Shown here in pieces: positions 1 to 9,318 of a stretch of DNA of 24,000 nt. Both the position numbers and the translations under genes were made by a program. How positions within the stretch are numbered: position 1 is the first letter of the stretch; every line of letters starts with the position of its first letter. The notes beneath the pieces were generated by a model. That model was not told the origin of the DNA. It worked only from the letters and a program-made list of their open reading frames with translations, and did not search any database. The stretch is from Zavarzinia sp. CC-PAN008 (GTDB lineage: Bacteria; Pseudomonadota; Alphaproteobacteria; Zavarziniales; Zavarziniaceae): NCBI RefSeq assembly GCF_051903925.1, contig NZ_CP173678.1, positions 4,364,253 to 4,388,252 of the forward strand. The letters are read 5' to 3'.

Positions 1-1
1 G

Positions 2-625
2 ACCACGCTGCACCGGTACATGGCGCGGAAGCTGCCGATCTACGGCATGAACCAGGGCACCGTCGGGTTCCTCATGAACCGCTATGACGAGATCGACCTG
101 CCTGCCCGCCTGGCCGCGGCCGAGCAGGCGCAGCTTCATCCGTTGCGGATGACGGCACTGACCGCCGGCGGCTCCGAACACGAGGCGCTTGCGATCAACG
201 AAGTGTCGATGCTGCGCGAGACACGCCAGGCGGCCAAGCTGCGCATCACGGTGAACGGTCGCACCCGCCTTCAGGAACTGGCCTGCGACGGGGTGCTGGT
301 GTCGACCCCGGTGGGCAGCACGGCCTACAACCTGTCGGCGCATGGGCCGATCCTGCCGCTGAACTCGAACACGCTGGCATTGACCCCGATCAGCGCCTTC
401 CGCCCGCGACGCTGGCATGGGGCCATCCTGCCGGACAGCGTCACGATCGGGCTGGAAGTGCTGGAAGCGGACAAGCGCCCGGTCAGCGCCGTCGCCGACA
501 ATACCGAGGTGCGTCAGGTCGTCAGCGTGCAGGTGGCGCAGGCGACGGACGTCACGCTGACCATGCTGTTCGATGTCGGCCGCAATCTGGACGAGCGCAT
601 CCTGACGGAGCAATTCTTTCACTGA
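2..625 (+). CDS. nadK: NAD(+) kinase, C-terminal part; the 5' end lies upstream of the window
   Basis: The frame is open from nt 2 ([26 protein letters not shown]). NAD kinase hallmark [26 protein letters not shown] is present. Stop TGA at 623-625. Confidence 0.85.
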   Translation, partial: TTLHRYMARKLPIYGMNQGTVGFLMNRYDEIDLPARLAAAEQAQLHPLRMTALTAGGSEHEALAINEVSMLRETRQAAKLRITVNGRTRLQELACDGVLVSTPVGSTAYNLSAHGPILPLNSNTLALTPISAFRPRRWHGAILPDSVTIGLEVLEADKRPVSAVADNTEVRQVVSVQVAQATDVTLTMLFDVGRNLDERILTEQFFH

Positions 626-661
626 ACGGCCAACGCCGGGACAGTTCGAGGGGGAACAGCC

Positions 662-1090
662 TTGCGGATCCTGATCCATCCCCTGCTTCAGGGGGCGGTT
701 TTGCTGCTGATCGGCGGCATCATGCTGGTGGGGGGCGAGGATGCCGCCGCCTGGAATGCCGGCGTGCTGTTCTTCTGCCTGCTGGCGTTCGGGATCCTGG
801 CGCCCCTGTCGGCGCTGGCCGCTCCGGCCTTTGGCACCCACATGCAGAACGCCACGGCCGTGTGGCTGTGGCTGGCCTTCCTGCTGACGATCGCGGCACT
901 TTATGCCATGGGCTATGACCAGATCGGCAACGCCCTGGCCCAGCCCCTGGGCTTCATCGAAGGGGCCGCCGTCTTTCCGCTGATGGCGATGGTGGCACTG
1001 CTGATCCGCCCCTTCGTCCGGGCCCGCCCCGTCGCCACCGCCAGCAGCCCCGCGCCACGCCTGGACGAGGACAGGTCCGCCGATCCCTGA
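662..1090 (+). CDS. Hypothetical small integral membrane protein (about 4 predicted TM helices, Pro/Ala-rich acidic tail)
   Basis: TTG start 6 nt after SD-like GAGGGGGA (648-655). Four hydrophobic stretches. No family recognised. Confidence 0.5.
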   Translation: MRILIHPLLQGAVLLLIGGIMLVGGEDAAAWNAGVLFFCLLAFGILAPLSALAAPAFGTHMQNATAVWLWLAFLLTIAALYAMGYDQIGNALAQPLGFIEGAAVFPLMAMVALLIRPFVRARPVATASSPAPRLDEDRSADP

Positions 1091-1201
1091 GCCCGGGCGA
1101 CGCGGGACCAACCGCAGCCCGTGCTTGCCAGGACGGAAAGCCGCGGACTAGGCTTGTTGCGCTGCAATGCGATGCAGGCCTGAGGGGGCGCAAGCAAACG
1201 C

Positions 1202-2293
1202 ATGGGAAGAGCCGTTGCGGTCGACGTGCGCGGTGTCAGCAAGGTCTTCGATGGCGGCCGCGCCCCCCATGTGCGGGCGCTGGACACCGTGTCCGTGGGC
1301 ATCCTGGAGAACGAGTTCTTCACCCTCCTGGGGCCATCAGGCTGCGGCAAGACCACCCTGCTGCGCCTGATCGCCGGGTTCGAGCAACCCACCGCCGGCG
1401 AGATCCTGCTGCATGGGGCGCGGATCGACCACCTTCCGCCCTATCGCCGACCGATCAATACCGTGTTCCAGTCCTATGCCCTGTTCCCGCACCTGAGTGT
1501 GGCGGAGAACGTCGCCTTTGGCCTGGATATGCAGAAGCGCAAGCCGGCCGAGATCGCCGCCCAGGTCCAGCGCATGCTGCACCTGGTGAAGCTCGGCGAC
1601 CTTGGCGCGCGCCGCCCGGACCAGTTGTCGGGCGGCCAGCAGCAGCGGGTCGCCCTGGCCCGTGCCCTGGCCAGCCAGCCGCGCGTCCTGCTGCTGGACG
1701 AGCCGCTCTCGGCCCTCGACCTCAAGCTCCGCAAGGAGATGCAGATCGAGCTGAAGCGCCTGCAGACGGAAACCGGCATCACCTTCGTATTCGTGACCCA
1801 CGACCAGGAGGAGGCGCTGACCATGTCGGATCGCATCGCCGTGATGAGCGAAGGGCGAATCGTGCAGATGGGCAGCCCGCGCGACATCTACGAGACGCCG
1901 GCAACCCGCTACGTCGCCGACTTCATCGGCGAGACGGACTTCCTGGACGCGACCCTGGTCGCGACCGAGGGGTCGCTGGCGCGCTGGCGTCTCGCCTCCG
2001 GGGCCGAACTCGTCGGCCAGGCCGGCCACGACCTGGCACCCGGCACCCGTGCCACGTTGTCGACCCGGCCGGAGCGCCTGTCGCTGCTGGCGGAAGGGGG
2101 CGCCGGACTGGCCGGCACGATCGAGGCCTGCGTCTATTTCGGGACCGACACCACCGTGCATGTCGCCCTCGACGGGGGCGGCGGCTCGATCCGCGTGCGG
2201 GAGCAGAGCCATGCGGGCGCGGTGGAGCGGGCCACCGGCACGCGCGTGACCGTCGCCCTGCCCCCCGCCGCCGTCCGTCCCCTGGTGGCGTGA
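1202..2293 (+). CDS. potA: Spermidine/putrescine ABC transporter ATP-binding protein
   Basis: Walker [10 protein letters not shown], signature [15 protein letters not shown], Walker [12 protein letters not shown], PotA-type C-terminal regulatory domain. Gene context potBCD. Confidence 0.9.
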   Translation: MGRAVAVDVRGVSKVFDGGRAPHVRALDTVSVGILENEFFTLLGPSGCGKTTLLRLIAGFEQPTAGEILLHGARIDHLPPYRRPINTVFQSYALFPHLSVAENVAFGLDMQKRKPAEIAAQVQRMLHLVKLGDLGARRPDQLSGGQQQRVALARALASQPRVLLLDEPLSALDLKLRKEMQIELKRLQTETGITFVFVTHDQEEALTMSDRIAVMSEGRIVQMGSPRDIYETPATRYVADFIGETDFLDATLVATEGSLARWRLASGAELVGQAGHDLAPGTRATLSTRPERLSLLAEGGAGLAGTIEACVYFGTDTTVHVALDGGGGSIRVREQSHAGAVERATGTRVTVALPPAAVRPLVA

Positions 2294-2401
2294 TGGACGC
2301 CGGCCGCCCAGTCCAGAGCGGGGAGAGGGCTGGGACGAGCGCAGGGCGCAGGCCGTCAACCGCCGCCCCGCCTTTCGCTGACAGGATACCGCCCTCACCC
2401 A

Positions 2402-2438
2402 GCCCTCCCCCATCGCTCCGCGACGGGGGAGGGCTTTT
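2402..2438 (+). terminator. Terminator-like GC hairpin plus TTTT inside the potA-potB spacer; copy 1 of a repeated palindromic element
   Basis: GCCCTCCCCC (2402-2411) pairs perfectly with GGGGGAGGGC (2425-2434). Inner TCGC/GCGA pairing, then TTTT at 2435-2438. Arms and flank are identical to the hairpin at 5293-5331. Confidence 0.5.
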
Positions 2439-2456
2439 CGGAGAGGGTCAACCCAC

Positions 2457-3368
2457 GTGACGGCGGCGGACGTGCCCTTCTGGCGGCGGCCCTGGCCGCG
2501 GCGGGTGGCGCTGGTCGGGCCTGCAATGGGCCTGATCATCGGCTTCATGGTCCTGCCGCTGGTCCTGATGCTGATCTATTCGTTCCTGACGCGGGCCACC
2601 TATGGCGGCGTGATCTGGGAGCTCTCGACCGAGTCCTATGTCAAGTTCCTGTTCGAGCGGGACCTGGACGACAGCCTGATCTTCAACGAAGCCTATCTCT
2701 CCATCTATTTCCGTTCGTTCTGGCTGGCCGGCGTGACCACCATCCTGTGCGTCATCATCGGCTTTCCAACTGCGCTTTACATGGCGCTGCAAAGCCCGGC
2801 GCGAAAGAACCTGCTGGTGTTCCTGGTCACCATCCCGTTCTGGACCAATCTGCTGGTGCGCAACTATGCGTGGGTCCTGATGCTGCGGCGCGAGGGCCTG
2901 CTGAACGGCATGCTGATGGGCCTTGGCATCACCGACCAGCCGATCCCCATGCTCTACAACGACACGGCGATCCTGATCGGCCTGACCTACTCCTTCCTGC
3001 CGTTCATGGTCCTGCCGATCTATGCCAGCCTGGAGCGACTGGACTTCCGCCTGGTGGAGGCGGCCTATGACCTGGGTGCCAATCGCTGGCGGGCGCTGCG
3101 GCGCGTCGTCGTGCCCTTGTGCATGCCTGGCATCGCGGCCGGCTCGGCGCTGGTCTTCATTCCCTGCCTCGGTGCCTATGTGACGCCCGACGTGCTGGGC
3201 GGGGGCAAGGCTCTGATGATCGGCAACCTGATCCAGCAGCAGTTCGGCGCCTCGCAGAACTGGCCATTCGGCGCCGCCCTGTCCTTCACCCTCCTGGCCA
3301 TCGTCCTGCTGGCCATGGTGCTCTACGCCCTGCGCTTCGGGCGGGAGCAGGCCCTGGCCAGGGTCTGA
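2457..3368 (+). CDS. potB: Polyamine ABC transporter permease (PotB/PotH type)
   Basis: GTG start 9 nt after GGAGAGGG. Six-TM MetI-like permease with an EAA-like loop (EAAYDLGANRWRALRRVVVP). Confidence 0.85.
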   Translation: MTAADVPFWRRPWPRRVALVGPAMGLIIGFMVLPLVLMLIYSFLTRATYGGVIWELSTESYVKFLFERDLDDSLIFNEAYLSIYFRSFWLAGVTTILCVIIGFPTALYMALQSPARKNLLVFLVTIPFWTNLLVRNYAWVLMLRREGLLNGMLMGLGITDQPIPMLYNDTAILIGLTYSFLPFMVLPIYASLERLDFRLVEAAYDLGANRWRALRRVVVPLCMPGIAAGSALVFIPCLGAYVTPDVLGGGKALMIGNLIQQQFGASQNWPFGAALSFTLLAIVLLAMVLYALRFGREQALARV

Positions 3369-3372
3369 GCCG

Positions 3373-4155
3373 GTGAGTGGCAACTCCTTGCGCCGGTTCC
3401 CGGGCACCGGGCTGATGGCGGTCTTCTTCTTTGCCTTCCTCTACCTGCCCGTGGCGGTGCTGATCGCGCTGTCGTTCAACGAGAACCGCTCGGCCACGAT
3501 CTGGACCGGCTTCACCATCGACTGGTACTTCCGCATCTTCGAGAACCGGGACATCGTCGCCGCCGCCATCAACTCGGTCATCGTGGCGACGGCGGCCACG
3601 ATCTTCTCCACGCTGATCGCCACCATTGCCGCCCTGGGCATGGCGCGCGACCGCTTTCCTGGCCAGGCCGCCGTGTCGTCCACCATCGCGCTGCCGCTGA
3701 TCGTGCCCGAGATCATCACCGCGGTGGCGACGCTGATCTTTTTCGTCGGCATCGGCCTCAGCCTGGGCCTGGGGACGGTGATCCTGGCCCATGTCGTCTT
3801 CTGCATCCCCTTCGCCTACCTGCCGATCCGCGCCAGGCTGGAGGGGATGGACCGCCGCCTGGCCGATGCCGCGGCCGACCTCTATGCCGACGAGTGGCAG
3901 ACCTTCCGCCGGGTGACGCTGCCGCTGCTGTGGCCGGGCATCCTGTCGGGTGCGCTGCTGGCGTTCATCACCAGCCTGGACGACTTCGTCATCACCTTCT
4001 TCGTCTCCGGCCCCGGGGCGTCGACGCTGCCGCTCTACATCTTCTCGTCGATCCGGATCGGCATCTCGCCCGAGATCAACGCGATCTCCTCGGTGATGCT
4101 CGTCGTCTCGATCCTCTTCGTCTCGCTGTCCTTCCTCATCGGGCGGCGCGGCTGA
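3373..4155 (+). CDS. potC: Polyamine ABC transporter permease (PotC/PotI type)
   Basis: Starts 4 nt after the potB stop (GTG 3373; ATG 3415 is an alternative). FLYLPVAVLIALSFN N-terminus and DAAADLYADEWQTFRRVTLP EAA loop. Confidence 0.85.
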   Translation: MSGNSLRRFPGTGLMAVFFFAFLYLPVAVLIALSFNENRSATIWTGFTIDWYFRIFENRDIVAAAINSVIVATAATIFSTLIATIAALGMARDRFPGQAAVSSTIALPLIVPEIITAVATLIFFVGIGLSLGLGTVILAHVVFCIPFAYLPIRARLEGMDRRLADAAADLYADEWQTFRRVTLPLLWPGILSGALLAFITSLDDFVITFFVSGPGASTLPLYIFSSIRIGISPEINAISSVMLVVSILFVSLSFLIGRRG

Positions 4156-4194
4156 TAGGCTTTTTCCATCCAACCACCGAGGGGGAGCCCGGTC

Positions 4195-5250
4195 ATGCGT
4201 GCGTTGAAGCTGCGTCTCAAGCACATGGGGGCGGCTGCCCTCAGCCTCGGCGTCCTGCTCGGCGCCGCGGCGGCCGAGGCCAAGGAGATCTTTCTCTACA
4301 ACTGGACGAACTACATCCCGCGCGAACTGCTCGACCGCTTCACGGCCGAGACGGGGATCACGGTGACGCTCGACACCTATGACTCGAACGAGACGCTTCT
4401 GGCCAAGCTGAAGGCCGGCGGCACCGGCTACGACGTGATCGTGCCGTCCGACTACATGGTCAAGATCATGATCGACGAGGGCGTCATCCAGAAGATCGAC
4501 GTCAACCAGATGGAGAACTTCAAGCTGGTGGGCAAGCCGCACGACACCCCCTGGTACGATCCGGAGCGGGCCTATACCGCGCCCTACATGTGGGGCACGA
4601 CCGGCTTCACCTATGACCGCGCGGCCGTGGGCATGGATCTGGAGGACAGCTGGAAGGAATTCTTCGAGCCCCGGCCGGAACTCGCCGGCAAGATCGCCTC
4701 GCTCAACGACCAGGTGGAAGTGATCCAGAACGCGCTGCGCTATCTGGGCCTGCCCCGCTGCAACGAGAATCCGGCCGACATGGCCAAGGTCCAGGCCCTG
4801 CTCCTGGCGCAGAAGCCGTCGATCGCGGTCTACAATTCCGACGGCACGATCGAGCGCATGGCCGCGCACGAGGTCGTCATGCACATGCAGTGGAACGGTG
4901 CCGCCCACCGGACCAAGGCCGACGTGCCGGGTGCCGTCTTCGTCTATCCCAGGGAGGGCCTGTCCTATTGGACGGACAACCTGGCCATCCCCGTCGGCGC
5001 CAAGAATGTCGAGGAAGCCAAGGTGTTCATCAACTGGATGATGACGCCCAAGGCAGCGGCCGAGGCCTCGAACTTCAGCGGCTACAACAACGGCATCCCC
5101 ACTTCGGTCGAGTTCATGGACCAGAAGCTGAAGGACGATCCGGCCGTCGCGACGCCCGAGGAATACCTGCCGCGCCTGGACCCCAACAAGGCCTGCAGCG
5201 CCAAGTCCAAGGAACTCTACGACCGCGTGTGGACCAAGGTCCGCCAGTAG
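4195..5250 (+). CDS. potD: Periplasmic spermidine/putrescine-binding protein (PotD/PotF family)
   Basis: Signal peptide MRALKLRLKHMGAAALSLGVLLGAAAAEA followed by the family motif LYNWTNYIP. Size 351 aa. Confidence 0.85.
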   Translation: MRALKLRLKHMGAAALSLGVLLGAAAAEAKEIFLYNWTNYIPRELLDRFTAETGITVTLDTYDSNETLLAKLKAGGTGYDVIVPSDYMVKIMIDEGVIQKIDVNQMENFKLVGKPHDTPWYDPERAYTAPYMWGTTGFTYDRAAVGMDLEDSWKEFFEPRPELAGKIASLNDQVEVIQNALRYLGLPRCNENPADMAKVQALLLAQKPSIAVYNSDGTIERMAAHEVVMHMQWNGAAHRTKADVPGAVFVYPREGLSYWTDNLAIPVGAKNVEEAKVFINWMMTPKAAAEASNFSGYNNGIPTSVEFMDQKLKDDPAVATPEEYLPRLDPNKACSAKSKELYDRVWTKVRQ

Positions 5251-5292
5251 ACACCAACCCCTGGACTTCGACCTGTAGCCGATCCCTGGCCA

Positions 5293-5331
5293 GCCCTCCC
5301 CCATCGCGCGGCGGTGGGGGAGGGCTTTTTT
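5293..5331 (+). terminator. Rho-independent terminator after potD; copy 2 of the repeated palindromic element
   Basis: GCCCTCCCCC (5293-5302) and GGGGGAGGGC (5316-5325) form a perfect 10-bp stem with a 13-nt loop, followed by TTTTTT at 5326-5331. Confidence 0.7.
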
Positions 5332-5347
5332 CGCCCCGGAGACCGCG

Positions 5348-6376
5348 TTGGAAACGATCTTCACGACCGACCACGAAGGCCATGCCGACACGTTCGAGCT
5401 GATCGACGGCCAGATGCTGCCAGGCTTCGAGATGCCGCGCCGGGCCCAGATCGTCATCGACCGGGTGCGTGCCGTGGCCCTGGGCCCGATCAGCGCGCCC
5501 GAACCGCTGGGCGGGGCCGAGGCGGCAAAGCGCGTCCATGCGCCTGCCTATGTCGACTTCCTGGCGACCATCCATGACCGGTGGCGGGCGCACTATGGCG
5601 ACCGCCAGGCGCTGGCCTTCACCTTTCCCTGCCGGAACCTGCACCAGAAAGTGCCGGAATCGCTGGCTGGCCAGCTTGGCTATTATGCCTTCGACGCCGG
5701 CGCGCCGATCGTCGCCGGCACCTTCAAGGCGGCGGTCGCCGCCGTCGACACCGCCTTGACCGGAACGCAGCGAATCGAAGGCGGGGCCACCAGCGTGTTC
5801 AGCCTGTGCCGACCGCCGGGCCATCATGCGACGGCCGACCAGGCCGGCGGCTATTGCTACCTGAACAACGCTGCCATCGCGGCCGAGACTTTTGCCAGGG
5901 CGGGGCGCCGGGTTGCGATCCTGGACGTCGACTACCACCACGGCAACGGCACGCAGGCGATCTTCTATGACCGGCCGGACGTGCTGGTGGTCTCGCTGCA
6001 CGGACACCCGCTGGACGAGTATCCCTATTTCGCCGGCTATGAGGACGAGCGAGGCGCGGGTGCTGGAGAGGGCTTCAACCTGAACCTCCCCATGCGCTGG
6101 GGCGCGGCTTGGGATCGCTATGCCGAGGCGCTGGAGACCGGCTGTCGCCGCATTGCTGCGTTCGGCGCGGATGTCCTGGTCGTGTCGCTGGGCCTGGACA
6201 CGTATAAGGAGGATCCCATCTCCCACTTCCGGCTGGAACATCAGGACTATCTGCGGATGGGCGAGCGCATCGCCGCCCTGCGCCTGCCCACCCATTTCGT
6301 GATGGAGGGTGGCTACGCGGTCGAGGCGCTGGGCATCAATACCGTCAACGTCCTGACGGCCTTCCAGGGCGCCTGA
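5348..6376 (+). CDS. Histone-deacetylase-family amidohydrolase, most likely acetylpolyamine amidohydrolase
   Basis: TTG start 6 nt after GGAG. Catalytic and zinc motifs RPPGHHA, DVDYHHGNGTQ, SLGLDTYKEDP and MEGGY. Confidence 0.8.
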   Translation: METIFTTDHEGHADTFELIDGQMLPGFEMPRRAQIVIDRVRAVALGPISAPEPLGGAEAAKRVHAPAYVDFLATIHDRWRAHYGDRQALAFTFPCRNLHQKVPESLAGQLGYYAFDAGAPIVAGTFKAAVAAVDTALTGTQRIEGGATSVFSLCRPPGHHATADQAGGYCYLNNAAIAAETFARAGRRVAILDVDYHHGNGTQAIFYDRPDVLVVSLHGHPLDEYPYFAGYEDERGAGAGEGFNLNLPMRWGAAWDRYAEALETGCRRIAAFGADVLVVSLGLDTYKEDPISHFRLEHQDYLRMGERIAALRLPTHFVMEGGYAVEALGINTVNVLTAFQGA

Positions 6377-6583
6377 GCGCCCATGCGGCCCCGGCGTGTG
6401 AGTCCTGCGTGCAACGGATCGGCGCGCCCGTGCGGCTGGCTGCGGCTCCAACGCCGCGGGACAGCCCCGCCAACTTGTGAGTGACGCAGGCAGACGGTAG
6501 CTTGGCATGCAGGGCAGGCACTTCATGGCATGGCCGGGCCGGGCGCATTCCGCCTTGCGCAGTCCCGGCAGAGGACGTTGACG

Positions 6584-8134
6584 ATGTCGAGGCGATCCGG
6601 GTCAGGGCAAGCGGACCCACGGCGAACGGACCCGGGATTGAGGGTGCACCGCGGCCACCGCCCGCTGGCCTCCGCGCTGGCGCTGGGTCTGGCGGCGGGG
6701 ATCGTGCTGGCGGCGCAGGCTGGTGTGCGGCCCGCCCAGGCCGACGATGAGTTCGAGACCGTGGTGATCGGCGGCAGCGGCCGGCCGGCCGTCGAGGTTG
6801 ACCTGGGCGCCCTGGACGACACACCCGCCCCGCCGCGTGAGCGGAACCGAGACCGCACCCGCAACCGCCCCAGCCAGCCGGTGCGCCTGACGCCGCTGCC
6901 CGACCTGCCGGCTGTCGAAACGCCGGCCGTGGATTTCGCCCCCCTGCCGGTCCCTGGTGCGTCGCGCCCGATGCCGGCGGCGCTGATGCCCCAGCCTGCG
7001 CCGGGAGCGCCGGGCCAGGCCCGTGCGCCCATCGCCGCCGATGGCGACCTGCTGCCGATCGTACCCCCGTCCGCCACCAACCCGGCGCCTACGCCGGCGC
7101 CGGCGTCGTCCCCGTCCGGCGCCGCGCTGCCTCCGGCGGCGACGGCACGCGCCAGCGACCCGCTGCCGCCTGCAGCCGCGTTCCAGATGGACGAGCCGGT
7201 GGCGCCGCGCCCCATGCCACCGGCCCCCGTACCGGCATCCGACGACCTGCTGCCGATCATTCCACCCTCGAACGCCAATGCCAGTGCCGTGATCGGCGTG
7301 CCCCGGGCGCGCCCGGCCCTGCACCCGGCCAGCCAGAGCATCGCCGAGCGGGCCCGCATCGTCCCCGAACCGCGGCCGGCGCCGCCGCCGGCACCGGCGC
7401 CCGAACCGTCCCCGGCACCCGCGCCAGCTGCGCTGGCCGCCCTGTCGCCGCCGGCCGCACCCCCGGCCGCCGCGCCAACGCCGGCCGCACCGGTGGCCGC
7501 TCCGGCCCCGCCGCCCGCGGCCGCGCCCGAGCCCGTGGCGGCGCCCGAGCCTCCGTCCGTACCGCCCGCACCCGTCACCCGCGCCCTGCCGCAGCCCGAA
7601 CCGCCGCCACCGCCGCCTCCGTCACCGTCGGAAGCGAGCGCGCCGCCGGCCCCTGCCCCTACCCCTGTGTCGGAGCCCCCCGCACCGCCGACGCCCCCGC
7701 CTGCCCCGGTCACAGCGCCCCTTCCCGAGGTCGAGGTGCCGGCGCCCGCGCCACGCCCGGCCGAAGTGGCAGCCCTGGACCCCGCTGGCGCCGTGCCGCC
7801 CGCGATCGCGCCGGGAGCGCCGGGCACGGCGGCCCTGCGCATCGGCTTCCAGGGCGCGAGCGACGATCTGGCGGCCGGGGCGCGCGCCCAGCTGCGCGCG
7901 ATCGTCGCCGCGCTGGGGCCGGCCGACCGGCTGCAATTGCGCGCCTTCGCCAGCCCCCTGGCGGAGGGCGACAACGCGGCGCGGCGCCTGTCGCTGAAGC
8001 GAGCCCTGGCGGTGCGCGCCTACCTGATCGAAAGCGGCGTCCGCTCGGCCCGCATCGACGTCCGGGCGCTTGGGGCAACGCCCACCCTGGGCGGCCCGCC
8101 CGGTGATCGCGTCGACATCGTGATCGTGCAATGA
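6584..8134 (+). CDS. Pro/Ala-rich envelope protein with an N-terminal signal peptide or anchor and a degenerate OmpA-like C-terminal domain (TonB/TolA-like layout)
   Basis: ATG 6584 lies 8 nt after GAGGA; the longest ORF starts at 6530. Hydrophobic PLASALALGLAAGIVLAAQAGVRPAQA, about 330 aa of P/A-rich spacer, C-terminal RLSLKRALAVRAYLIESGV...RVDIVIV. The stop overlaps the next start (ATGA). Confidence 0.7.
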   Translation: MSRRSGSGQADPRRTDPGLRVHRGHRPLASALALGLAAGIVLAAQAGVRPAQADDEFETVVIGGSGRPAVEVDLGALDDTPAPPRERNRDRTRNRPSQPVRLTPLPDLPAVETPAVDFAPLPVPGASRPMPAALMPQPAPGAPGQARAPIAADGDLLPIVPPSATNPAPTPAPASSPSGAALPPAATARASDPLPPAAAFQMDEPVAPRPMPPAPVPASDDLLPIIPPSNANASAVIGVPRARPALHPASQSIAERARIVPEPRPAPPPAPAPEPSPAPAPAALAALSPPAAPPAAAPTPAAPVAAPAPPPAAAPEPVAAPEPPSVPPAPVTRALPQPEPPPPPPPSPSEASAPPAPAPTPVSEPPAPPTPPPAPVTAPLPEVEVPAPAPRPAEVAALDPAGAVPPAIAPGAPGTAALRIGFQGASDDLAAGARAQLRAIVAALGPADRLQLRAFASPLAEGDNAARRLSLKRALAVRAYLIESGVRSARIDVRALGATPTLGGPPGDRVDIVIVQ

Positions 8135-9318
8135 CCGATCCGGGCCTGGCGCCCGGTGGGCGCGTGCCCGTCCGCCGGGCGCCGCGCCACCTGGTCCGGA
8201 TCCTGGTCTTCCTGCTTCTGGTCCTGGCCGCCGGCAGCCTGATCGCGCGCGAGGCTGCGCGCTTCTTCATGGCCAATCCGACGTTGAACGCCCTGATCCT
8301 GGGCGTCCTGGCGTTCGGCATCGTGTTCAGCATCCGCCAGGTCCTGCGCCTGCAGCCCGAGGCCGCCTGGCTTGAGGGCATTCGCGCCGGGGATCCCGCG
8401 ATGGCGGCGCGCGAGTCGCCGCCGCTCCTGGCACCGCTGGCGACGATGCTGCGCGAACGGGGCCAGCGCGTCGCCCTTTCGGCACCGGCTATGCGCTCCG
8501 TCCTGGACGGCATCCTGCTCCGCCTGGACGAAACGCGAGAGATTTCGCGCTACCTGATCGGGCTCCTGATTTTCCTCGGCCTGCTGGGCACGTTCTGGGG
8601 CCTGCTGCAGACCGTCTCGACCATCGGGGCCACGATCCAGTCGCTGAACGTGTCGGGCAGCGATGCCTCCGCCATGTTCGACGAATTGCGGCGCGGGCTG
8701 GAGGCCCCGCTGGGCGGCCTGGGCACGGCCTTTGCCTCGTCCCTCTTCGGGTTGGCGGGATCGCTGGTCCTGGGCTTTGTCGACCTGCAGGCGGGGCAGG
8801 CACAGAACCGCTTCACGACCGAGCTTGAGGACTGGCTGGCGGGCATCGTGCGCATCGGCCCCGGCGGCCCCCTGGCGGAGCTTGAGGGCGGCGGCTCGCC
8901 TGCCTATGTCCAGGCGCTGCTGGAACAGACGGCCGACCATCTGGAGGTGTTGCAGCGGACCATCGCGCGGAGCGAGGACCAGCGTGCCAGCGTCAACCAG
9001 GGACTGCTGCAACTGGCCGAGCGGATGGCCGGCCTGACCGACCAGATCCGGACCGAGCAGCACCTGCTGACCCGCCTGGTGGAGGGACAGGACCAGGCCA
9101 CGGGGCTGACCCAGCGCCTGGTCACCCTGGCCGAGCGACAGACGCCAGCCCTGGACGAGGCCAGCCGTGCCCACCTGGCCAACCTGGACGTCTACCTTGC
9201 CCGGCTGCTGGAGGACCAGGCATCGGGCCGGCAGCAGGTGGTCGACGAGTTGCGGGCCGAGATCAAGCTGCTGACCCGTACCATCGTCGCCATCTCGGGG
9301 ACGGATCCGCGGGCATGA
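8131..9318 (+). CDS. MotA/TolQ/ExbB-family proton-channel protein with a C-terminal helical tail of about 135 aa
   Basis: Four predicted TM helices. Family signature LGLLGTFWGLL (aa 150-160) and GLGTAFASSLFGLAG (aa 196-210). Heptad-rich tail aa 255-390. ATGA overlaps at both ends. Confidence 0.8.
   Translation: MTDPGLAPGGRVPVRRAPRHLVRILVFLLLVLAAGSLIAREAARFFMANPTLNALILGVLAFGIVFSIRQVLRLQPEAAWLEGIRAGDPAMAARESPPLLAPLATMLRERGQRVALSAPAMRSVLDGILLRLDETREISRYLIGLLIFLGLLGTFWGLLQTVSTIGATIQSLNVSGSDASAMFDELRRGLEAPLGGLGTAFASSLFGLAGSLVLGFVDLQAGQAQNRFTTELEDWLAGIVRIGPGGPLAELEGGGSPAYVQALLEQTADHLEVLQRTIARSEDQRASVNQGLLQLAERMAGLTDQIRTEQHLLTRLVEGQDQATGLTQRLVTLAERQTPALDEASRAHLANLDVYLARLLEDQASGRQQVVDELRAEIKLLTRTIVAISGTDPRA

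Noticed and set aside
3286-5457. 723-aa minus-strand ORF spanning potC and potD. Similar giants occur at 1337-2548 (minus), 5114-6526 (minus), 11274-13964 (plus), 17892-20387 (minus), 20269-21723 (plus) and 21735-23297 (minus).
   Set aside because: All lie antisense to, or out of frame with, genes that have clear family motifs. Their products are Arg/Gly/Asp/Pro-rich low-complexity sequences with no recognisable domains. Long stop-free shadow frames are expected in very GC-rich DNA.
6502-6520. TTGGCATGCAGGGCAGGCA upstream of the stator-like module as a sigma-54 promoter
   Set aside because: The GG and GC dinucleotides are not at the required N10 spacing: the position 10 nt after GG reads AG.
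6523-7974. 483-aa Gly/Ala-rich minus-strand ORF opposite the Pro-rich gene
   Set aside because: It is the mirror image of the CCG/GCC-rich Pro/Ala coding strand. The plus-strand reading has an SD, a signal-like N-terminus, an OmpA-like C-terminus and ATGA coupling to the next gene. The minus-strand reading has none of these.
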